Part shown: one piece after another, positions 1-8,134 of the stretch
Layout: every line of letters starts with the position of its first letter
How positions within the stretch are numbered: position 1 is the stretch's first letter
UHGV virus genome: UHGV-0180054
Origin: a virus
DNA: 13,750 bases
Reading direction: 5' to 3' (one strand)
The notes under the pieces: generated by a model
Told to the model about the DNA's origin: nothing
Database searches by the model: none
The model's input: only the letters and a program-made list of their open reading frames with translations
Translations under genes and position numbers: made by a program

Positions 1-253
1 GCACCGGCTGCAAAAACAGCGACGTGACAATCTTCACGGCCAGCGATTCCGGCGGCAGCTCCCGTCCGTAGCGTTCCAGCACATACTCAGTGGCATACAC
101 ACCGACACCACCGGCAACCACACAGATAACCGTCGCCAGAATCGCCCAGGCAGCGACAAAATTGACGGCCACGCTCTGCGGGTAAATCAGGGACAGTGCC
201 AGCATCAGCGCCAGCGACACGTTCAGCATCAGTGAAAGGGATAATTTCTTCAT
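1..253 (-). CDS. lysA: LysA-like lysis accessory protein, N-terminal 84 codons (C-terminus runs off the window edge)
   Basis: Manual translation of the reverse complement from ATG at 253-251 gives MKKLSLSLMLNVSLALMLALSLIYPQSVAVNFVAAWAILATVICVVAGGVGVYATEYVLERYGRELPPESLAVKIVTSLFLQPV with no stop before position 1. Hydrophobic membrane-type segments; GGAG 6-9 nt upstream; sits immediately downstream of K as in P2. Not in the ORF track because no stop lies inside the window. Confidence 0.7.
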   Translation of the reverse strand, partial: MKKLSLSLMLNVSLALMLALSLIYPQSVAVNFVAAWAILATVICVVAGGVGVYATEYVLERYGRELPPESLAVKIVTSLFLQPV

Positions 254-267
254 GGTGTTTACTCCGT

Positions 268-765
268 TTAAGCCGGTACGCCGCCAGCGGTACGCCAGAC
301 GGTGACCAGTTTTTCCAGTGAATGCTCACGCTGACCGTAACCGGCACCCGGCAGGGACGCCCAGATATTGCGACAGCGGGAAATGGCGCGCTCAATGCGT
401 CCTGCCCGGATGTCATCCAGCGCACCGCGTTCGCGGATCAACTGAATGGCGAGTCTGTCCTGTGACAGCGGACTGAAATCCGGCAGGGCAAGCTGTTTGC
501 GGTAATGCGGCCAGAACAGGTAAAGCTGCTGATAGCGACCGGAGGCCGTGGACTTTTCACCGCGACGGTTAAACACCTTCGCCGGTCGGCCATGTGCGAA
601 CGGGTGGTCACTGTAGTCGGTGAAAATTTCCGGCTTCCCGTCCAGTCCGGTGACTATCACGTCATAGCCCCGGTTTTTCGTCAGCGGATGGTTCGCCGTC
701 CCTTCGGACACGGCCAGCATGTCGAGAAAGGCGGCGATATTCTGGTGCGTGTTAATTACCGGCAT
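268..765 (-). CDS. K: Phage endolysin (P2 gpK-type lysozyme), 165 aa
   Basis: ORF 268..765 minus, starts MPVINTHQNIAAFLDMLAVSEGT, which I recognise as P2 gpK; same length as P2 K (165 aa); start overlaps Y stop by 1 nt (TAATG); position Y-K-lysA as in P2. Confidence 0.9.
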   Translation of the reverse strand: MPVINTHQNIAAFLDMLAVSEGTANHPLTKNRGYDVIVTGLDGKPEIFTDYSDHPFAHGRPAKVFNRRGEKSTASGRYQQLYLFWPHYRKQLALPDFSPLSQDRLAIQLIRERGALDDIRAGRIERAISRCRNIWASLPGAGYGQREHSLEKLVTVWRTAGGVPA

Positions 766-1046
766 TACTGTTTCCCCCTGCCCTTAAAGCGGCGCTGAAT
801 GGCAATCTCAATCACCTGATAACCGGCGATACCCAGCATGGAGCCGATGCCGCACACCGCAGGCAGTGACAGGTCAGGAAACTGCACCAGAACAACACCG
901 GCAACCATCGAGACAAAACCACCGAGCAACATGCGCCCGATAAACAGACGCGGGGTGATGGGTTCACCACCGGCAAGCACCTTGCCGACAACAATCAGCA
1001 CCCCAATCATGAAAAGCGACAGGACGCTTTTTTCTTCTGCTGTCAT
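765..1046 (-). CDS. Y: Holin (P2 gpY-like), 93 aa
   Basis: ORF 765..1046 minus, ATG at 1046-1044; hydrophobic transmembrane stretches (VLSLFMIGVLIVVGKVLAGG, LLGGFVSMVAGVVLVQF) with charged C-terminal tail; directly upstream of the endolysin. Confidence 0.85.
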   Translation of the reverse strand: MTAEEKSVLSLFMIGVLIVVGKVLAGGEPITPRLFIGRMLLGGFVSMVAGVVLVQFPDLSLPAVCGIGSMLGIAGYQVIEIAIQRRFKGRGKQ

Positions 1047-1049
1047 GCG

Positions 1050-1253
1050 TTACTCCCACAGATTGACAGTTTCAGCCACGGGCGCGGTCTGAACGTCGGG
1101 CAGTTCGACGGCGGTGCCGTGTGGCAGCACCGCGCCCAGTTCAGCCAGTCCCGGATTTACGGCGAGCACGGTCTCAACCACGCCCTCAGTGCGCCCGTAA
1201 TACCGGACACAGATGGCGTCGAGCGTGTCGCCCTGTAGCGCAAAGGTCTTCAT
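1050..1253 (-). CDS. X: Tail protein X (P2 gpX-like), 67 aa
   Basis: In-frame ATG at 1253-1251 (MKTFALQGDTLDAICVRYYGRTEGVVETVLAVNPGLAELGAVLPHGTAVELPDVQTAPVAETVNLWE); the track's upstream extension to 1322 was rejected. Start overlaps L stop (TGATG). Size and position match P2 X. Confidence 0.8.
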   Translation of the reverse strand: MKTFALQGDTLDAICVRYYGRTEGVVETVLAVNPGLAELGAVLPHGTAVELPDVQTAPVAETVNLWE

Positions 1254-1762
1254 CAGATTTGACTCACGATGCAGCGCGGCTTGTCCTGAATGCGCGCCAC
1301 TGCCCAGCGCATATCCCGCCACAGCTCATCAATGGTGCTGTCAATGCTGTCAGCCTTCTTGTCGCCTTTGGCACTGGCATCCACGCCGCGATAACGCTCA
1401 TAAAGCGACGCGGTCGCCATCGCACACACGGCGCGTTCGTAGTAAAAAACCTTGATGCTTTCACCGTCGATGTCGTCCGCTGGGACGTCAGCCAGACGCG
1501 TAAAACCGGCAGCAATTTTTTGTTCGCGGTACTCGTACAGCTCCGCATTCGTCTCCGCCATGCCTGACTTGATGGCCTCACGCAGACGGGCGGGGGCGAC
1601 GGTCTGCTCAAGGCGCATACGTTCCCGGACGCGCTTCGGGTCGATATCGGGAAAAAAGAACGTGTTTTTAATCACCGGCTCGTCGCCTGCCGGTTGCGGG
1701 ATGACCACCGTACCCTCACCGGACACGGAAGCCTCCTTTCGCGGAATAATCAGCGTCATCAT
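1253..1762 (-). CDS. L: Head completion/stabilization protein (P2 gpL-like), 169 aa
   Basis: ORF 1253..1822 minus trimmed to ATG ATG at 1762/1759 (MMTLIIPRKEASVSGEG...), with GAGG Shine-Dalgarno upstream; length 169 aa matches P2 L; gene order M-L-X. Confidence 0.85.
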   Translation of the reverse strand: MMTLIIPRKEASVSGEGTVVIPQPAGDEPVIKNTFFFPDIDPKRVRERMRLEQTVAPARLREAIKSGMAETNAELYEYREQKIAAGFTRLADVPADDIDGESIKVFYYERAVCAMATASLYERYRGVDASAKGDKKADSIDSTIDELWRDMRWAVARIQDKPRCIVSQI

Positions 1763-1861
1763 GACTACCTCTGAAAAGTCGGGCGGTGGACGCCGGTGCA
1801 GTGTCAGGTGATTCACCCTCACTGACCGGCGTGCCGCCCTGGCGCGGGGCGCATTCGGTTG

Positions 1862-2605
1862 TTAACTGGCTTTCTTTTTCGGGCGTCCACGTTTTGCCGG
1901 TGTCACGCTCCGGGTCTTACGCGGGGTACGGATGGCCGCTTTGGGCTGCGGCTCCGGCTTCGGTTTCAGCTCCCGCTCCAGTCGTTCAATCTCTTTTTTG
2001 ACGCCTGCCTGACAGTCGAGCTGCGTCGCACGTTGCAGGTGCGCCAGCGCCCCTGCGGCATCACCAGCGTCACGCAGAAACAGACCGGTGATTTTGTGCA
2101 GCTTTGCGCGCACTTCATCAGGCATGTCTGCCGTGGCAGTCAGTTCAAGTGTGTCCGTCAGCAGGCGGGGATCCACAGACTCACCGGCAGCGTGAGCGCG
2201 CATGGCCGCGAGCGCCACCTCCTCGGTGAACATGTACGGCGGGGTGCGGCGGTGTTTACCCGGCATGGTCAGACCGTACTTCAGGGCATAACGGGCAATC
2301 TCCAGCGCGCCGGCAATATCGCCGGTATCCAGACGCCACAGCATGACCGTCATCAGAATGTCATCCTGTGCACCTTTGCCCTGCTCCAGCACGCCGTTCA
2401 CCCACGGCAACCAGAACGGCAGCAGTTCGCGTTTTTTTGCGGCCTTCAGCTCTTTTGAATAAATCGCTTTCAGTGTGCGCTGGTCTGCGGCGAGCTTAAC
2501 CAGCATCTGCTCATAGACAGTTGCATGTCGCAGCGGGGCGGCTTCCCGCTGCGCGGTCATCGCTGCCGAGACCCGCATCATGTGGCGCTGTGCGGGACTC
2601 GTCAT
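1862..2605 (-). CDS. M: Terminase small (endonuclease) subunit (P2 gpM-like), 247 aa
   Basis: ORF 1862..2605 minus, ATG start, 247 aa as P2 M; basic C-terminal tail (RKTRSVTPAKRGRPKKKAS); located between N and L. Confidence 0.9.
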   Translation of the reverse strand: MTSPAQRHMMRVSAAMTAQREAAPLRHATVYEQMLVKLAADQRTLKAIYSKELKAAKKRELLPFWLPWVNGVLEQGKGAQDDILMTVMLWRLDTGDIAGALEIARYALKYGLTMPGKHRRTPPYMFTEEVALAAMRAHAAGESVDPRLLTDTLELTATADMPDEVRAKLHKITGLFLRDAGDAAGALAHLQRATQLDCQAGVKKEIERLERELKPKPEPQPKAAIRTPRKTRSVTPAKRGRPKKKAS

Positions 2606-2608
2606 CGG

Positions 2609-3682
2609 TTACGCTCCCGGCTCTGCGGTCGCTTTAGCCGGTGTGGAGAAGTCACCGACCTTAATTTTTTCCACCAGACAACCGGCGGCATAGTCTTCCA
2701 CCACGTAATCAATGTTCATTGACTCGTAGTTCTCCACGCGGTCGAGTTTCGGGTTTTCCTCAATCACGCGGCGATGGCTGTCATCCATGTAGTAGATGGA
2801 CAGGTTTTCCAGCTTTGTGATGAGCATCGCATCCGCCGGGAAGTACGGGACGCGTACCGCTGGCAGGTTACCGATGCGTTTCTGGCTGATGATGACGTCA
2901 GCGGCCAGCATTTCGCTGTTGTCCTGCTCTTTGTTGACGATGGGGAAATACTTGTCCGCCAGTAGCTGACGCCCCACAATCACCACAAGGTCAGGGTCTT
3001 CCTGATACCACGGTTCAATCAGGTTGTTGGTCGCATCCATCACCAGTGCATCAAGGCTGGCATAATCGCCGCCCTTACCCACGCGGATAACCTCAGAGGT
3101 GGTGCGCCCTTCCTCGTCAGTGACCTTGCTCATCACGCGCGCCGGGGCTTCATTGCGGTATTTCTGCAACCAGCCGACCGCCACATCCTGCAACATCGGA
3201 TTGCTGCTGCGGTCAGAGGTTTCGGCACGTTTCACTCCGTTAAAACCGGCCATGATTAAATCAAGGGACTGGCGTTTGATAATGGCGTTACGGACACGGA
3301 GCTGGAAATCCTGATAACGCGCCCACAGGTCAAGCGTTTTGTAGCGGATATAAAAATCGAAGTTAATCTGGTCGCATTCGTACTTGTTTGACGCCAGCTT
3401 CGAGAAGTCCTTCGGCTGACGCTCGGTGCCACCGGCGGTGTCGGTGGTGCTGGCGATGGAGCCGGTGACACCGATGCCAATTTTTTCCCCTTTCATTTCG
3501 CTGACCGGCACAATATTGATGCGGGTCAGAAAGTCAGAGGACTCCTGCATGGTGTTCATCAGGGTCTGGGTGACTGACGGTTCAACGGTGAATTTTTTCG
3601 ACACATCACCGGCGTCGATGCCGTTCAGTTCGGCAACACGGGACAGGTAGGCATTAAATTTAAAGCGGGTTTCCTGGCGCAT
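2609..3682 (-). CDS. N: Major capsid protein (P2 gpN-like), 357 aa
   Basis: ORF 2609..3682 minus, ATG start with AGGA Shine-Dalgarno (AGGAAAAACT ATG); 357 aa as P2 N; sequence recognised as P2-family major capsid protein; position O-N-M. Confidence 0.9.
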   Translation of the reverse strand: MRQETRFKFNAYLSRVAELNGIDAGDVSKKFTVEPSVTQTLMNTMQESSDFLTRINIVPVSEMKGEKIGIGVTGSIASTTDTAGGTERQPKDFSKLASNKYECDQINFDFYIRYKTLDLWARYQDFQLRVRNAIIKRQSLDLIMAGFNGVKRAETSDRSSNPMLQDVAVGWLQKYRNEAPARVMSKVTDEEGRTTSEVIRVGKGGDYASLDALVMDATNNLIEPWYQEDPDLVVIVGRQLLADKYFPIVNKEQDNSEMLAADVIISQKRIGNLPAVRVPYFPADAMLITKLENLSIYYMDDSHRRVIEENPKLDRVENYESMNIDYVVEDYAAGCLVEKIKVGDFSTPAKATAEPGA

Positions 3683-3740
3683 AGTTTTTCCTGAAATTAA
3701 GGGTTAATCGTGAAGGTTTTCCCGGACTGACTGACGCCGG

Positions 3741-4595
3741 TCAGCAGTTCGTCATCAGGGCGTCACCGCCACCGCCGGTGGCTTTACTGCGGCGCTGCTG
3801 GGTCAGACTTTCGGTGTGGTCGAGACTGTTTTTCAGGCGGGTGAATGCCTGGCTGGTTTCATCCGCCCTGTCAGTCACCTCCTGCTTAAGAGCGGAAAAG
3901 GCAGTTTCCATCTCAGCGAGGCGCTGCTCAGTGGCGCTCAGTTTTTCCTGCACATGTTCAGCAACAGCGGTCACCGCTTCATGCACGTCATTCAGACGGG
4001 CGTCATCGCTGGCCTGTTTGCGGCCAAAAATGGATTTCACCTTTTCGGTCAGGGCGGTGAACACGGTTTCAGGCAGGTCTTCAAATTCCAGCTCAACGGG
4101 CGTTGCCACTGAAATCAGGTTTTCAGGGCTTAATTTGAAGCGGTTCAGGGGGTTGTGTTTTGCCGTGCGGCAGAATTCCAGGTATTCCGTGCCGAGGCTT
4201 GCCGGGTCATCGGTGACGGCCAGCCCCACCAGATAACATTTGCCGGTGTTGGCAAAGTTCGGCTGAATTTCCATTGAGGTGTAGACCTTCTGCGCGGCCT
4301 TGTTCATCGCGATAAGGTCATCGGTCGGGGTGATTTTCGCAAACAGCGCCCATTTGCCTTTCAGCGCCGAATCATCGTCAATCTTTTCGGCCTTCAGTTC
4401 GACCACATCGCCATAACGTTTAAAAATACCGTCAGGCAGGATGCCGCGCAGATGTTCCAGGTTAATGCGGCAACCATAGACTCGCGGGTCAAAGGTTTCG
4501 GCCATTTCCTGAATATCCTGCGCACTGATGACACGCCCGTCACAGGTGTCACCCTCAACGCCGATACGAAAGAATTTTGAGACTTTTTTTGCCAT
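3741..4595 (-). CDS. O: Capsid scaffolding protein (P2 gpO-like), 284 aa
   Basis: ORF 3741..4661 minus trimmed to ATG at 4595-4593 (MAKKVSKFFRIGVEGDTCDGR...) with AGGA upstream; 284 aa as P2 O; divergent from P. Confidence 0.85.
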   Translation of the reverse strand: MAKKVSKFFRIGVEGDTCDGRVISAQDIQEMAETFDPRVYGCRINLEHLRGILPDGIFKRYGDVVELKAEKIDDDSALKGKWALFAKITPTDDLIAMNKAAQKVYTSMEIQPNFANTGKCYLVGLAVTDDPASLGTEYLEFCRTAKHNPLNRFKLSPENLISVATPVELEFEDLPETVFTALTEKVKSIFGRKQASDDARLNDVHEAVTAVAEHVQEKLSATEQRLAEMETAFSALKQEVTDRADETSQAFTRLKNSLDHTESLTQQRRSKATGGGGDALMTNC

Positions 4596-4768
4596 TGTCA
4601 GGAGTCCTGAATAGTGATTAGAGGAGTCACATGTCGGCATCAGTTTCCCGACGATGCGCATCCTCCGCCATCAGTCCCGGATGGCTTATCACTGACACAA
4701 CAGCACCTTAGCGAATCGCGGGGCGCGACTCAGTATCCTTGCCGTGTATTCATCACGGCGAGGTATTC
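4596..4768. promoter_or_regulatory. Divergent intergenic region between O (minus) and P (plus); expected site of the two Ogr-dependent late promoters
   Basis: 173-bp non-coding gap between divergently oriented operons; in P2 this gap holds the late promoters for the P-Q and O-N-M-L operons. Contains inverted repeats GTCGG-N10-CCGAC (4633-4652) and TCGCG-GGG-CGCGA (4716-4728). I could not find an exact TGT-N12-ACA Ogr motif. Confidence 0.45.
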
Positions 4769-6541
4769 ATGACCATCACCACAGACACCACTCTTTTACA
4801 CGACCCGCGTCGTCAGGCGGCGCTGCTGTACTGGCAGGGATTTTCCGTGCCGCAGATTGCCGCCATGTTGCAGATGAAACGCCCGACGGTGCAGAGCTGG
4901 AAACAGCGCGACGGCTGGGACAGTGTTGCCCCCATCAGCCGTGTCGAAATGAGCCTGGAAGCGCGGCTGACCCAGCTCATCATCAAACCGCAGAAAACCG
5001 GCGGTGACTTCAAGGAAATTGACCTGCTCGGACGCCAGATTGAACGACTGGCACGGGTAAACCGTTACAGTCAGACCGGCAACGAGGCAGACCTTAATCC
5101 GAACGTCGCTAACCGCAACAAAGGCGGTCGTCGCAAACCGAAAAAGAATTTTTTCAGTGACGAGGCCATCGAAAAGCTGGAGCAGATTTTCTTTGAGCAG
5201 TCTTTCGAATATCAGTTGCACTGGTATCGCGCCGGGCTTGAGCACCGCATCCGCGATATCCTGAAATCCCGCCAGATTGGCGCGACATTTTATTTTTCCC
5301 GCGAGGCGCTGCTGCGCGCCCTGAAAACCGGTCATAACCAGATTTTTCTGTCGGCCAGTAAAACGCAGGCGTATGTGTTCCGCGAATACATCATCGCCTT
5401 TGCCCGGCTGGTTTACGTTGACCTGACCGGTGACCCGATTGTCCTGGGCAATAACGGCGCAAAACTGATTTTTCTCGGCACCAACTCCAACACCGCACAG
5501 AGCCATAACGGTGACCTGTACGTCGACGAGATTTTCTGGATCCCGAATTTTCAGGTACTGCGTAAGGTGGCATCAGGTATGGCCTCACAGAGTCACCTGC
5601 GCTCGACCTATTTCTCCACCCCGTCCACACTGGCGCACGACGCCTACCCGTTCTGGTCGGGTGAACTGTTTAACCGGGGACGCGCCAGCGCCGCCGAACG
5701 TGTGGAAATCGACGTCAGTCATAACGCCCTTGCCGGTGGGCTTCTCTGTGCGGACGGCCAGTGGCGGCAGATTGTCACCATTGAGGACGCCCTGAAAGGC
5801 GGCTGCACGCTGTTCGACATTGAGCAGCTCAAACGTGAAAACAGCGCCGACGATTTTAAAAACCTGTTCATGTGTGAATTTGTTGACGACAAGGCGTCGG
5901 TGTTCCCGTTCGAGGAGCTGCAACGCTGCATGGTCGACACGCTGGAAGAATGGGAAGACTATGCGCCGTTTGCCGCCAATCCGTTCGGCTCCCGCCCGGT
6001 ATGGATTGGTTACGACCCGTCACACCGTGGCGACAGCGCCGGATGCGTGGTGCTGGCACCGCCGGTGGTGGCCGGAGGTAAATTCAGAATACTTGAGCGT
6101 CACCAGTGGAAAGGCATGGACTTTGCCACCCAGGCTGAATCCATCCGCGAACTCACCGAAAAATACAACGTCGAATACATCGGAATTGATGCCACCGGCC
6201 TCGGTGTCGGCGTGTTCCAGCTCGTGCGCTCGTTCTATCCCGCCGCGCGCGATATCCGCTACACGCCGGAAATGAAAACCGCAATGGTGCTCAAGGCAAA
6301 AGACGTTATCCGCCGTGGCTGTCTGGAATATGACGTCAGCGCCACCGACATCACCAGCTCGTTTATGGCTATCCGCAAGACCATGACCAGCAGCGGACGC
6401 AGCGCCACCTATGAGGCCAGTCGCAGCGAGGAAGCCAGCCACGCCGACCTCGCCTGGGCGACCATGCACGCCCTGTTAAATGAGCCACTCACCGCCGGTA
6501 TCAGCACCCCGCTGACATCCACCATTCTGGAGTTTTACTGA
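4769..6541 (+). CDS. P: Terminase large subunit, ATPase (P2 gpP-like), 590 aa
   Basis: ORF 4739..6541 plus begins with TTG in the track; the first ATG at 4769 (MTITTDTTLLHDPRRQAALLYWQG...) follows GAGG and gives 590 aa, the P2 P length. Stop overlaps Q start (TGATG). Confidence 0.9.
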   Translation: MTITTDTTLLHDPRRQAALLYWQGFSVPQIAAMLQMKRPTVQSWKQRDGWDSVAPISRVEMSLEARLTQLIIKPQKTGGDFKEIDLLGRQIERLARVNRYSQTGNEADLNPNVANRNKGGRRKPKKNFFSDEAIEKLEQIFFEQSFEYQLHWYRAGLEHRIRDILKSRQIGATFYFSREALLRALKTGHNQIFLSASKTQAYVFREYIIAFARLVYVDLTGDPIVLGNNGAKLIFLGTNSNTAQSHNGDLYVDEIFWIPNFQVLRKVASGMASQSHLRSTYFSTPSTLAHDAYPFWSGELFNRGRASAAERVEIDVSHNALAGGLLCADGQWRQIVTIEDALKGGCTLFDIEQLKRENSADDFKNLFMCEFVDDKASVFPFEELQRCMVDTLEEWEDYAPFAANPFGSRPVWIGYDPSHRGDSAGCVVLAPPVVAGGKFRILERHQWKGMDFATQAESIRELTEKYNVEYIGIDATGLGVGVFQLVRSFYPAARDIRYTPEMKTAMVLKAKDVIRRGCLEYDVSATDITSSFMAIRKTMTSSGRSATYEASRSEEASHADLAWATMHALLNEPLTAGISTPLTSTILEFY

Positions 6542-7611
6542 TGAGCAAGAAAAAACGGAAAACACCGCAACCTGCGGCAAAAACAATGACCGCCAGCGCC
6601 CCGAAAATGGAGGCGTTCTCCTTTGGTGAGCCGGTGCCGGTCCTCGACCGCCGTGACATTCTGGATTACGTCGAGTGCATCAGTAACGGCAGATGGTATG
6701 AGCCGCCGCTCAGCTTTACCGGTCTGGCAAAAAGCCTGCGTGCTGCCGTGCATCACAGCTCACCGATTTACGTCAAACGCAATATTCTGGCCTCGACATT
6801 TATCCCGCATCCGTGGCTTTCCCAGCAGGATTTCAGCCGCTTTGTGCTGGATTTTCTGGTGTTCGGTAATGCGTTTCTGGAAAAGCGTTACAGCACTACC
6901 GGTAAGGTCATCAGACTGGAAACCTCACCGGCAAAATATACCCGCCGTGGCGTGGAGGAGGATGTTTACTGGTGGGTGCCATCCTTCAACGAGCCGACGC
7001 CTTTCGCGCCCGGCTCCGTGTTTCACCTGCTGGAGCCGGATATTAATCAGGAGCTGTACGGCCTGCCGGAATATCTCAGCGCCCTTAATTCTGCCTGGCT
7101 GAATGAATCAGCCACGCTGTTCCGCCGCAAGTATTACGAAAACGGCGCTCATGCCGGATACATCATGTACGTCACTGATGCCGTGCAGGATCGCAACGAT
7201 ATCGAAATGCTTCGCGAAAACATGGTGAAGTCAAAAGGCCGCAATAACTTTAAAAATCTGTTTCTCTATGCCCCGCAAGGGAAAGCCGACGGCATTAAAA
7301 TTATCCCGCTCAGTGAAGTGGCAACGAAGGACGATTTTTTTAATATCAAAAAAGCCAGCGCCGCTGACCTGCTGGACGCGCACCGCATCCCCTTTCAGTT
7401 GATGGGCGGCAAGCCGGAGAACGTCGGGTCGCTGGGTGATATTGAGAAAGTGGCAAAGGTCTTTGTCCGCAATGAGCTTATCCCGTTACAGGACAGGATC
7501 CGCGAGATAAACGGCTGGCTCGGTCAGGACGCTGAAAAAATAAAATCAGCACCCCCGCCAGCGCGCAGTGCTTTCCCCGCCTCGCCCGCCCGCTTCATGG
7601 GTCGGTTTTAA
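6541..7611 (+). CDS. Q: Portal protein (P2 gpQ-like), 356 aa as read; 3-prime boundary uncertain
   Basis: ORF 6541..7611 plus, ATG start coupled to P stop; sequence recognised as P2 portal Q. The last ~25 residues (SAPPPARSAFPASPARFMGRF) are low-complexity and overlap the cos 19-mer, so the true C-terminus may differ (P2 Q is 344 aa as far as I recall). Confidence 0.8.
   Translation: MSKKKRKTPQPAAKTMTASAPKMEAFSFGEPVPVLDRRDILDYVECISNGRWYEPPLSFTGLAKSLRAAVHHSSPIYVKRNILASTFIPHPWLSQQDFSRFVLDFLVFGNAFLEKRYSTTGKVIRLETSPAKYTRRGVEEDVYWWVPSFNEPTPFAPGSVFHLLEPDINQELYGLPEYLSALNSAWLNESATLFRRKYYENGAHAGYIMYVTDAVQDRNDIEMLRENMVKSKGRNNFKNLFLYAPQGKADGIKIIPLSEVATKDDFFNIKKASAADLLDAHRIPFQLMGGKPENVGSLGDIEKVAKVFVRNELIPLQDRIREINGWLGQDAEKIKSAPPPARSAFPASPARFMGRF
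7568..7586. other. cos cohesive-end sequence (P2/186/P4-type 19-mer)
   Basis: Plus strand reads GTGCTTTCCCCGCCTCGCC, the exact reverse complement of GGCGAGGCGGGGAAAGCAC, which I recall as the 19-nt cohesive end shared by P2, 186 and P4. Late operon (P, Q) and early operon (A side) both point toward it, as on the circular P2 map. Confidence 0.55.
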
Positions 7612-7714
7612 TGCAGGTGCACGAACACACTGGAGACGCACCAGTACTGGCGGTGGTCACGTAGATCCGCCCCTTAAAAGCCATGCAGAATAATGCAACT
7701 ATTGCGGGCGTCGG

Positions 7715-8134
7715 CTAATCATCTCCTAAAGGTGGAATTTTGATGCCACTAATTAGCAGTACTTTCCGATATGCCTCAAAAATAATGTTGTGTGTTTTTT
7801 GTAAATCATCGAGCATTTTTTGCCGTCCTGCTGGGGTATCTTTGGCAAAATTATGAGCGCGAAAAAAATCATGTGCCAAGTAGTTTCTGGCTTTAAGAGC
7901 ATCTGACACATACTCCAGTGTATCAGCATCCTCCACCATCCTAGATTTCAGTGCGTAATTCAATTTACCCAGCGTGTATTTATCCATTTCTAAAAACTGT
8001 TTTTTCAGCGACTGTATATCTTTCCCCTGACTCATATCATACTCAGTGATAACATTTATCAACTCAGTCTCCAGTAATTGAGCTGCTTCCGAAGCATAAC
8101 CAAATTTCCAATAAACCGTATCAAGCGTCACCAT
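7715..8134 (-). CDS. Hypothetical 139-aa protein, hotspot cargo (candidate partner/immunity/regulator of the upstream HNH protein)
   Basis: ORF 7715..8134 minus, ATG at 8134-8132, stop TAG at 7717-7715; AT-rich codon usage unlike the phage core; mildly acidic (about 21 D/E vs 18 K/R), no motif I recognise; 91 bp downstream of the 443-aa gene on the same strand. Confidence 0.6.
   Translation of the reverse strand: MVTLDTVYWKFGYASEAAQLLETELINVITEYDMSQGKDIQSLKKQFLEMDKYTLGKLNYALKSRMVEDADTLEYVSDALKARNYLAHDFFRAHNFAKDTPAGRQKMLDDLQKTHNIIFEAYRKVLLISGIKIPPLGDD

Noticed and set aside
87-425. 112-aa minus-strand ORF overlapping the lysA start and K 3-prime end
   Set aside because: It lies in a different frame across two well-supported genes (lysA 1-253, K 268-765), has a Cys/Arg-rich composition typical of out-of-frame translation of GC-rich DNA, and has no independent start signal.
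505-1092. Plus-strand ORFs 505..798 and 838..1092 antisense to K, Y and X
   Set aside because: Antisense to conserved lysis/tail genes; Arg/Pro/Thr-rich low-complexity products; typical spurious ORFs in ~60% GC coding DNA.
1121-2458. Plus-strand ORFs 1121..1567, 1213..1455, 1452..1811, 1786..2001, 1859..2458 and minus-strand 1264..1611
   Set aside because: All overlap L or M in other frames or on the opposite strand; the products are Arg/Cys-rich and non-protein-like; L and M account for the region.
3683-3740. Imperfect palindrome CCGGACTGACTGACGCCGG in the O-N intergenic gap
   Set aside because: Only the terminal CCGG arms pair; it is not a convincing hairpin or operator. Probably just the spacer carrying the N ribosome-binding site.
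4739-4768. Upstream extension of P starting at TTG 4739 (MPCIHHGEVF...)
   Set aside because: Non-ATG start without a Shine-Dalgarno; the ATG at 4769 follows GAGG and yields the P2-length 590-aa product.
4796-6469. Antisense or alternative-frame ORFs within P (4796..5506 minus, 5391..5630 minus, 5585..5923 minus, 6020..6469 minus, 5820..6275 plus and others)
   Set aside because: They are embedded in the 590-aa terminase ATPase gene, which matches the P2 P length exactly; no start signals; composition artefacts.
7612-7714. Possible terminator or extra small gene between Q/cos and the 139-aa ORF
   Set aside because: Only imperfect stems with long loops (for example GGTGC at 7616-7620 with GCACC further downstream) and no T-run; no ORF of meaningful length. 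Likely a cos-flanking packaging region that I cannot define further.
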